A DNA stretch of 26,168 bases, taken from positions 1 through 26,168 of the IMG/VR virus record IMGVR_UViG_2671180921_000027, one strand, 5' to 3'. Positions 17,880-23,841 of the stretch are shown here, piece by piece. Position 1 is the stretch's first letter. Every line of letters begins with the position of its first letter. This DNA is from a virus (lineage: Duplodnaviria > Heunggongvirae > Uroviricota > Caudoviricetes). The notes under the pieces were generated by a model. It was not told the origin of the DNA. It did not search any database and saw only the letters and a program-made list of their open reading frames with translations. Both the position numbers and the translations under genes were made by a program.

Positions 17880-18105
17880 TACCTTTTTCCACATTGAATT
17901 TTTCCCTGTACTTCTGGCACTGCCAGAAAATGTCCCGTGTATCCACGGAGTTCCAGCCACGCATGTAGTAGCTGGCGTGTGTGCCGTCATGACCGGTATA
18001 GTCCAGCGGTTTCGGGGGCGGACCTCCGGCCATGCGGTGCAGAACCTCCTGACGCAGGCGGTCACGCCGCCCGGCTTTCAGTGAGGCATCCCAGCCTTTA
18101 CCCAT
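17854..18105 (-). CDS. Small hypothetical protein translationally coupled to endolysin
   Basis: 83-aa ORF; ATG at 18105, 2 nt after endolysin stop; Trp/Tyr/Cys-containing, non-repetitive. Confidence 0.4.
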   Translation of the reverse strand: MGKGWDASLKAGRRDRLRQEVLHRMAGGPPPKPLDYTGHDGTHASYYMRGWNSVDTRDIFWQCQKYREKFNVEKGNEQNFKTV

Positions 18106-18106
18106 A

Positions 18107-18703
18107 TCACCCCCGCGTGGCGGACATGATGCCTAGAGGGGTATCGATGATTTCCAGACAGGCGTCGGTCAGCTTTTCCATGCGGTTAAACCAGCCGTTC
18201 AGGTATTTACCCTGGGCGGGTTTTGACTTGATGATGTCGGCATAAAAGCGGGAACGACGGACAATGCAGCGGGCCAGCAACCAGTCCGGGGTGGACAGAC
18301 TCACGGCCTTACGGGTACGTGGGCCGATGATGCCGTCAGCATCCACATCAGCGGCTTCCTGCAAAATTTTGATGGCTTTTTTAACGCCATGCTGAACCGC
18401 TGCATCGAACACAAACATCGCCACGCCATCAGGCCACTGGTCACATCCGGCAGGCAGCCAGTAATCGCGCCAGTAAATCTGCGCAACCTGTTCGCGGGTT
18501 AAATCCTTAATGCGGGTATCCGGTTTGCCGTCGCCGTTGACATCGGTTTTGCCGTCAATCACACCGTCGCGGCGGTCAGAAATGCCGTATTTGGTTTCGC
18601 CGCCACGGTCAGAGGGGTCATTGACATAGACGCCTTCGATATCGGGACGCAGAATGAAATTCAGCGCATGTTCAAAGGCCGGGGAGAGTTTTTGATTTTC
18701 CAT
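18107..18703 (-). CDS. Endolysin, GH108-type muramidase with C-terminal peptidoglycan-binding region
   Basis: GGETKYGIS motif near N-terminus; AGGTG RBS 5 nt upstream of ATG at 18703. Confidence 0.7.
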   Translation of the reverse strand: MENQKLSPAFEHALNFILRPDIEGVYVNDPSDRGGETKYGISDRRDGVIDGKTDVNGDGKPDTRIKDLTREQVAQIYWRDYWLPAGCDQWPDGVAMFVFDAAVQHGVKKAIKILQEAADVDADGIIGPRTRKAVSLSTPDWLLARCIVRRSRFYADIIKSKPAQGKYLNGWFNRMEKLTDACLEIIDTPLGIMSATRG

Positions 18704-18756
18704 AAAAGCACCTGTGAAGCAGATTTAAACGTGGTCTGCTTCATGGTGCCGGAGGC

Positions 18757-18784
18757 ATAAAAAAAGCCGGATTTACCGGCTTCA
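18757..18784 (-). terminator. Intrinsic terminator hairpin 4 nt after the Mor/C-family stop codon, copy 1
   Basis: Same 26-nt sequence as 11023..11048; 7-bp stem, 5-nt loop, U7 tract on minus transcript. Confidence 0.65.
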
Positions 18785-18788
18785 TTGA

Positions 18789-19238
18789 TTAAGGGCGGCG
18801 TGGCGGACGACGAACGGGGTGAGGCAGGTTCGGGGAGTGGTAGAACAAATCCGGCTGGTATTTATTACGCTCCAGACGTCGCATCCGTTTGATGGCCTTG
18901 TAGACGGTTTTATACGTCACTCCGTAACGCTGAACCAGTTCAGGAATATTATGGCCGTTAAAATCACGCCAGATACGCATATCCCGGACAAGATTCTCCA
19001 GAATATTCCCCCTCGGAACATAAACCTGCATCCCGCCGATATGGCGACAAATCGCCACAACCAGCTCAAGGGAATGGGCAGGGTCTGCGCCAATCCGGGC
19101 CAGCTCTTTACGCAGCAGTGCGTTCAGTTCAGAAAGTAACGCCGGATAAGCGGTGTTTTCCTGGTAATCGTTAAGGTATTCCAGAACGCTGTCGTCCCGA
19201 AGGTCTTCGAATAAATCCTGCTCTTTCATCTGTTTCAT
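18789..19238 (-). CDS. mor: Mor/C-family transcriptional activator
   Basis: 149-aa ORF; ATGA coupling to GemA-like gene; sequence resembles remembered Mor (FPALLxELNxLLRxEL...DPAHSLE..VAIC). Confidence 0.7.
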   Translation of the reverse strand: MKQMKEQDLFEDLRDDSVLEYLNDYQENTAYPALLSELNALLRKELARIGADPAHSLELVVAICRHIGGMQVYVPRGNILENLVRDMRIWRDFNGHNIPELVQRYGVTYKTVYKAIKRMRRLERNKYQPDLFYHSPNLPHPVRRPPRRP

Positions 19239-19786
19239 ACAGCAATTCTCCCGCTGTTTCGTGCGCGGGCATATGCACTGGTCAGTGCATCATATCCGCG
19301 CAGTTCCCGCCCGGATGGGCTTACAGGTAAAGGCACACCATGTCGGGCAAAGGCTTCCCGGATGCAGCGCATATGCCACTGTTTGAGCGTTTCGAGCACA
19401 ACCTGCAACGATTCCCCGTGACACCAGGCCAGTGTGGAAACACCCTGACCGCCATTACGTCTGGCCGTCAGGCGCTCAACGTATTTGTCCAGCGCGGCGT
19501 CGCTGGTATCGGAGACGAAACCATCAAGAAACATCTGTTGCCAGATTTTATAAATCTTCTCGCGCGGTGTGACATGCCCCTTAAAGCGACGGCGGGGATG
19601 TTTTTTCTGCTTCTTAAAACCGCGCTCTTTCATGGCATCGAGCACACGTTCCAGTTGTGCAACGGACAGCTCGCGGCAACTGGTCTTGCCCGTGCACTGC
19701 ACCAGAAAGGCGCGGTAAGTGTCATCGTCGAGTTGTAGATCACGACGGGCGACATGAATTAACTTAATAAGCGATGTGCGACTCAT
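19235..19786 (-). CDS. gemA: GemA-like protein (Mu gp16 family)
   Basis: Start refined to ATG 19786 with GAGAGGTGA RBS; LIKLIHVARRDLQLDDDTYRAFLVQCTGKTSC matches remembered GemA motif. Confidence 0.65.
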   Translation of the reverse strand: MSRTSLIKLIHVARRDLQLDDDTYRAFLVQCTGKTSCRELSVAQLERVLDAMKERGFKKQKKHPRRRFKGHVTPREKIYKIWQQMFLDGFVSDTSDAALDKYVERLTARRNGGQGVSTLAWCHGESLQVVLETLKQWHMRCIREAFARHGVPLPVSPSGRELRGYDALTSAYARARNSGRIAV

Positions 19787-19816
19787 TTTGTCACCTCTCA
19801 TATTAAGGAATGAGAT

Positions 19817-20221
19817 ATGAAAATTGATTACGATGAACTGGCAAGAATCCTTGATACTTTTCTGAATGCAGACAGCGCATTTATTACCCTTAAGGATGTT
19901 GGAATCGACACAACCGACGATGAAGATAAACTGATATTTCATTTATTACTGCTCGTCGAAAATGGTCTTATCGGTAACAGAGAACTGCAAACTGGCACCC
20001 CGGAGTGCATCGGTCTGAAGTTCACCACAACAGGTATTGGCTGGCGAAACATACCAATAAGGCTGACTCAGGACGGACATGATTTTGCCAATGCATTGCA
20101 TCAAAAACCTATTCTTGAACGAATCAAAAAAGAATTTGCCGAAGCCCCGTTTGATGTTGTCAAAGACCTCGGCAAGGGGTTTTTAACTCAGTTATTTAAA
20201 AAGAAACTCGGTATTGAATAA
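19817..20221 (+). CDS. Hypothetical protein, possibly DUF2513-like; AT-rich opposite-strand gene
   Basis: 134-aa ORF, the only convincing plus-strand gene; ATG 19817 after AAGGAA; 22 G+C in first 60 nt by hand count; RLTQDGHDFANAL resembles a remembered DUF2513 motif (unverified). Confidence 0.6.
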   Translation: MKIDYDELARILDTFLNADSAFITLKDVGIDTTDDEDKLIFHLLLLVENGLIGNRELQTGTPECIGLKFTTTGIGWRNIPIRLTQDGHDFANALHQKPILERIKKEFAEAPFDVVKDLGKGFLTQLFKKKLGIE

Positions 20222-20494
20222 CTCCTTACTCATTCGCTGTAGCACATCAAGGGCGGCAACTGCTGCCACTTTATCCTGACCGGCAATGATTTTTCGTAAT
20301 TCCTCAATAATCCAGGCATGGCTTAATGATTCAGCAATCATCGTGCGCTTTTCTGAAATTAAATTTTCTCTGGCCTGCTCATAGTGCTGGTATACGACAT
20401 TATCCAGAAAATCATTTACATTTTGTTCTGGCATGCCACTGGAAATTAAGGTTGCAGCCATTAAATCAGCATCAGTAATCATCTGTATTTTCAT
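20192..20494 (-). CDS. Hypothetical protein, AT-rich, convergent with and overlapping 19817..20221 by 30 nt
   Basis: 100-aa ORF; GAGGAGGT RBS 9 nt upstream of ATG at 20494; 22 G+C in first 60 nt by hand count. Confidence 0.55.
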   Translation of the reverse strand: MKIQMITDADLMAATLISSGMPEQNVNDFLDNVVYQHYEQARENLISEKRTMIAESLSHAWIIEELRKIIAGQDKVAAVAALDVLQRMSKELFNTEFLFK

Positions 20495-20554
20495 TTCTTA
20501 ATACCTCCTCGCAATAAAAAACTTCATTCGGATGGCGTTTCTGCATGTGCTCCA

Positions 20555-20668
20555 TCACCTGCATACATGCCTGCTCTGTGGGCCAGATTTTTCTGTCACC
20601 GGAATGGCATCACAGGCATCATTCCCACAGGTGCCAACCAGCAGGACAAAGCCAATTGACTTAATCAC
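20555..20668 (-). CDS. Candidate small ORF (37 aa) with hydrophobic N-terminus and near-lipobox LVGTC
   Basis: Hand translation MIKSIGFVLLVGTCGNDACDAIPVTEKSGPQSRHVCR from GTG 20668 with GGAG 7 nt upstream; below ORF-track size cut-off. Confidence 0.2.
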   Translation of the reverse strand: MIKSIGFVLLVGTCGNDACDAIPVTEKSGPQSRHVCR

Positions 20669-20945
20669 CGTTCGTCTCCATTTGTTCCAGGCGCTGCGCT
20701 TCGCGCATACACAGCTGCGCAATCATCATCTGGCGGGTAATGCCTGCACGAATAAACGAAGCTGCACGACGGAGATTTTTTGCATTCGCCTGTTGAATCA
20801 ATGCAGGCACTGATGCCAGACATTCGGCGCTGTCTTTAATCAGCGTTGCTGCTGTTATTTCTGTTTTTTGTCGTTCACTCTTTGTGGTCATAAACATCAC
20901 CATTTCAGATTCAGGCGCGAGCAATCCCCTGACGCATCGCGCCAT
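20661..20945 (-). CDS. Hypothetical early protein; start uncertain (possibly ATG at 20891)
   Basis: 94-aa ORF without RBS at first ATG; internal ATG with GGTGA upstream. Confidence 0.45.
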   Translation of the reverse strand: MARCVRGLLAPESEMVMFMTTKSERQKTEITAATLIKDSAECLASVPALIQQANAKNLRRAASFIRAGITRQMMIAQLCMREAQRLEQMETNGD

Positions 20946-20985
20946 AATTAAAAGAAAGTGAATTAATTAAATATTCGTAGTGGTA

Positions 20986-21510
20986 TTAAATACCGGCTTC
21001 CTGTTCAAACGGAATAATGGAAAAATCTTCAATTCCAGACTTAACTGTAATTCCGGCAACACCTGCTACCGCTTTCGGTTCCAGTAAAATTGCTTCCTTG
21101 TTGATTTCCTGTTTCGTGCGAATAAAGCGTTGCAGACCAAGACGCTCCAGCGTTTCCATCACCGCATCCACACCGCGAATACTTACCGATGGTGGGCGCT
21201 GACGCCATGACACATCGCCGGTTACCAGGTTCGCCGTCTTCACCTTGCCGCCGTTCGTCAGTTCGTCACGGTTCGCTTCACACCATCCCTGAACGCCTTT
21301 TGAAAGGGTTTCAATACTGGTTTTAAGCGGCGCAATCTGTGAGGCGTATTTCTCAGTAATTTCAGCGATAGCGTCATTCATTTCCGTTTCAAGTCGTGCT
21401 GCTTCGCGTTGCAGGTCCCCAATCCGGCGGATATCACATACCACGGCATCGCGGGATTGCGGAACATAAGCCGCTGCGGCGTTCTTGATTCGTTTTGCTG
21501 GTTTAGCCAT
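20986..21510 (-). CDS. gam: Gam-like host-nuclease inhibitor (Mu Gam family)
   Basis: 174 aa, MAKPAKRIK...RIGDLQREA...; length and sequence closely match remembered Mu Gam. Confidence 0.8.
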   Translation of the reverse strand: MAKPAKRIKNAAAAYVPQSRDAVVCDIRRIGDLQREAARLETEMNDAIAEITEKYASQIAPLKTSIETLSKGVQGWCEANRDELTNGGKVKTANLVTGDVSWRQRPPSVSIRGVDAVMETLERLGLQRFIRTKQEINKEAILLEPKAVAGVAGITVKSGIEDFSIIPFEQEAGI

Positions 21511-21530
21511 ATAAATAAAGCTCCTGTTAA

Positions 21531-21830
21531 TTAATATTCGCTGTATACAATGCTGGATACAGCACGATTGCTTAATTCCATCTTTTGGGCAATGACATGA
21601 ATAGCCAGCCCTTCTTTATAAAGTTCACGACACAAATATTTGTCGTGCTCACTGACCCGGTATGCACACAACGATATTCCGTGTCTTCTGGCATGTGCCT
21701 GTAGGGCGGTTGGGGCAACGTTCAGTTTCTTCGCCATTTCTTCGACGGTCATTTTCCCGACGCTGGCTTCGATAAATTCCCGGTCTTCGCGTGACCAGCG
21801 TTTACGCTTACACATCATTCCGGTCACCAC
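21531..21830 (-). CDS. Small DNA-binding protein with two helix-turn-helix-like segments; start uncertain
   Basis: WSREDREFIE...MTVEEMAKKLNVAPTALQAHARRHGI plus a second similar segment. Confidence 0.45.
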   Translation of the reverse strand: MVTGMMCKRKRWSREDREFIEASVGKMTVEEMAKKLNVAPTALQAHARRHGISLCAYRVSEHDKYLCRELYKEGLAIHVIAQKMELSNRAVSSIVYSEY

Positions 21831-22250
21831 TCAGTACAACAGGGGGTCGCGCAGTGATGCCGGAATATGCCGCAGCGATAACTGAACCGCTTTCAGGGCA
21901 AGGGAAGAATACGTCCCCTGCGTCCAGCCTTTAGCCATTCGCCGGTAATCGCGCCAGATGTTCTGCCACTGCTCCCGTGCGTCCGGGTCTGACGCGCTGA
22001 TGTATTCACGGTCCATGACGTATTCCCATAAATCCACATTGAAGGCATTGCCAAACGTAATGGCGCGGAATACCGCCTCCCCGCAATAACGCGCACAAAT
22101 GCTGTAATGGTCAAATGCAATCAGGTAAGTCTTTTCGCCATACCCCTCAACTTCGCGCGCGCAAATAAATTCGCGCAAGTCTCCACCATTGCTATTACGC
22201 TCTTTAATCCGAATTAATGCCTGGATTTCGTTTCTGATTCTGGCGTTCAT
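21831..22250 (-). CDS. Hypothetical early protein (139 aa)
   Basis: AAGGAA RBS 8 nt upstream of ATG 22250; no family recognised. Confidence 0.5.
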   Translation of the reverse strand: MNARIRNEIQALIRIKERNSNGGDLREFICAREVEGYGEKTYLIAFDHYSICARYCGEAVFRAITFGNAFNVDLWEYVMDREYISASDPDAREQWQNIWRDYRRMAKGWTQGTYSSLALKAVQLSLRHIPASLRDPLLY

Positions 22251-22270
22251 TGTCAGCGTTCCTTTGTGAA

Positions 22271-22540
22271 TTAATGTTTGGCTGCATCCGGGTTATACCG
22301 GAATAACTCGCCTTCGACTTCCAGCCCAAGTTCTCTGGCTGACTTCAACAACTCCTGGGTTGCTTTTTCAATAATTTCAGGAGCCATGCTCTTGATAATG
22401 CCTGCCATCACGTCATGCGGTCCGATTTGCTCCTTAGGAGACTGTTCTTCCAGTTGCACACTCATTCCTACAAAGAAACCTCCTTTTTTCTGAAACTCAA
22501 CATCTTCCATGCGGTTAAATTCAAAGATTACTTTTGCCAT
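22271..22540 (-). CDS. Hypothetical early protein (89 aa from refined start)
   Basis: ATG 22540 with GAGGAA RBS; ORF-track N-extension rejected. Confidence 0.45.
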   Translation of the reverse strand: MAKVIFEFNRMEDVEFQKKGGFFVGMSVQLEEQSPKEQIGPHDVMAGIIKSMAPEIIEKATQELLKSARELGLEVEGELFRYNPDAAKH

Positions 22541-22572
22541 TTTGTTATTCCTCACAAATAAATAAGCCGTTA

Positions 22573-22800
22573 TTAACGCCAGATAATCTGGCAACCATTA
22601 AGACGGGCCGTCCATACTGAACGGGCAACCCCTGATTTATGCTCCATAATCCTGACAGCGTTTCTGACCAGCTCCGGCGGTGGGCAGGTGATTTCAAGCA
22701 CCGGGCGGGCCACGCCCAGCCATGATTCGTTGACGTGACTGCCGCGCTCCTGTAACCAGGTCTTTACTTCCGTCGCCATTTTGATATTACGAGACATCAT
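22573..22800 (-). CDS. Small early protein in the Kil position, immediately after the MuB-type gene
   Basis: 75-aa ORF; AAGGAA RBS; positional analogy only. Confidence 0.4.
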   Translation of the reverse strand: MMSRNIKMATEVKTWLQERGSHVNESWLGVARPVLEITCPPPELVRNAVRIMEHKSGVARSVWTARLNGCQIIWR

Positions 22801-22812
22801 GGTTTGTGTTCC

Positions 22813-23766
22813 TTACTGCCAGTTCAGTAACTTAGGGTTGCTGTAAGCCTCCTTAAAAGCCGCTTTAATGTGACTTTTATTCAGGGATGAACCAGCACCT
22901 TTCGCCGCCAGCCACGCATGATTCAGTGTGTGAGTTAATACACGCAATCCCCCGGGCTTTTCGGCTACCCTCATCAACAGGTCCAGCTCATCTTCCTGTG
23001 TTACTCCCCATGCTTTGGCTACAGCCATCACGTCGGTTTTTTTCACTTTGCGCAGTTGTTTCGTCATGGCAAAACGGCTGAACAGACGGGCCAGCTCATC
23101 AGTCCCACGACGGGTGGCATCCGCCATCTGTTTCGGGTTGCCAATTAAAACCATCCCCACGCCAGTGGCATCCTGAATGGCGCGTAATTGCTCCAGACCA
23201 TCCACACTTAAGTGATCAGCTTCATCAATAATCAGCAGGGGGTTAACACGGCCACTAATTTCTTTACCACCGCCCAGTTTTCTGCGAATGGCGCGGGTTA
23301 TATTCCCCTTATTTCTTCCCGGATTATTAATTTCCAGCGCATATGCTATTTCAAGGAGACATTCCGTAACGCTCGAATGTGCCGGAGCAAGCGTCACCAT
23401 CCAGGCATTAGCTGTTTTGCGGCAATATTCCCGTGCAGCAAAAGTTTTGCCGACACCCGGTACGCCAACAACAACACTAATAATCCCGAGTGAGCGCACT
23501 GTTTTAAACAGCTCATGCAAATCACAAAATGTCTGGGTCTTCACAACGCCGGGGGCACCTGACAAATTCTGCCCTTTTTGCCAGACCCGATACCATTCCT
23601 GTAATTTGTCATGCATGCCTTCAACATTGCCTCTGTACTTTCCTTTACGAAGATCAGAAAGTGTTGCCGGAGACATTCCGGCCTCATCAGCAATATCTTC
23701 CTGGGACTTGTCGCCCTCGTTAATCAAAGCGTTAATAGTGTTGAAAACATCATCAATATCAGTCAT
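22813..23766 (-). CDS. B: MuB-type transposition target-capture ATPase
   Basis: 317 aa; Walker A GVPGVGKT; N-terminal HTH-like segment; GGAGGAG RBS 5 nt upstream of ATG 23766. Confidence 0.85.
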   Translation of the reverse strand: MTDIDDVFNTINALINEGDKSQEDIADEAGMSPATLSDLRKGKYRGNVEGMHDKLQEWYRVWQKGQNLSGAPGVVKTQTFCDLHELFKTVRSLGIISVVVGVPGVGKTFAAREYCRKTANAWMVTLAPAHSSVTECLLEIAYALEINNPGRNKGNITRAIRRKLGGGKEISGRVNPLLIIDEADHLSVDGLEQLRAIQDATGVGMVLIGNPKQMADATRRGTDELARLFSRFAMTKQLRKVKKTDVMAVAKAWGVTQEDELDLLMRVAEKPGGLRVLTHTLNHAWLAAKGAGSSLNKSHIKAAFKEAYSNPKLLNWQ

Positions 23767-23810
23767 AGTATCTCCTCCATCATTACAGATTTACTTTATT
23801 TTCCTTGTTT

Positions 23811-23839
23811 AACAGTCCGTTACCGCGGACTGTTTTTTT
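23811..23839 (+). terminator. Hairpin AACAGTCCG-TTACCG-CGGACTGTT followed by T-run, between transposase and MuB-type genes
   Basis: Perfect 9-bp stem read directly; T-tract on plus strand, A-tract on the coding (minus) strand. Confidence 0.4.
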
Positions 23840-23841
23840 AT

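Noticed and set aside
17880-18065. N-terminal 62 codons of ORF 17469..18065
   Set aside because: Translation looks like out-of-frame overlap of the 83-aa gene; a proper ATG with hydrophobic protein begins at 17879.
19787-19942. N-terminal extension of the GemA-like ORF (start at 19942)
   Set aside because: It would run through the start of the plus-strand gene; the ATG at 19786 has a strong GAGAGGTGA RBS and begins the conserved GemA-like sequence.
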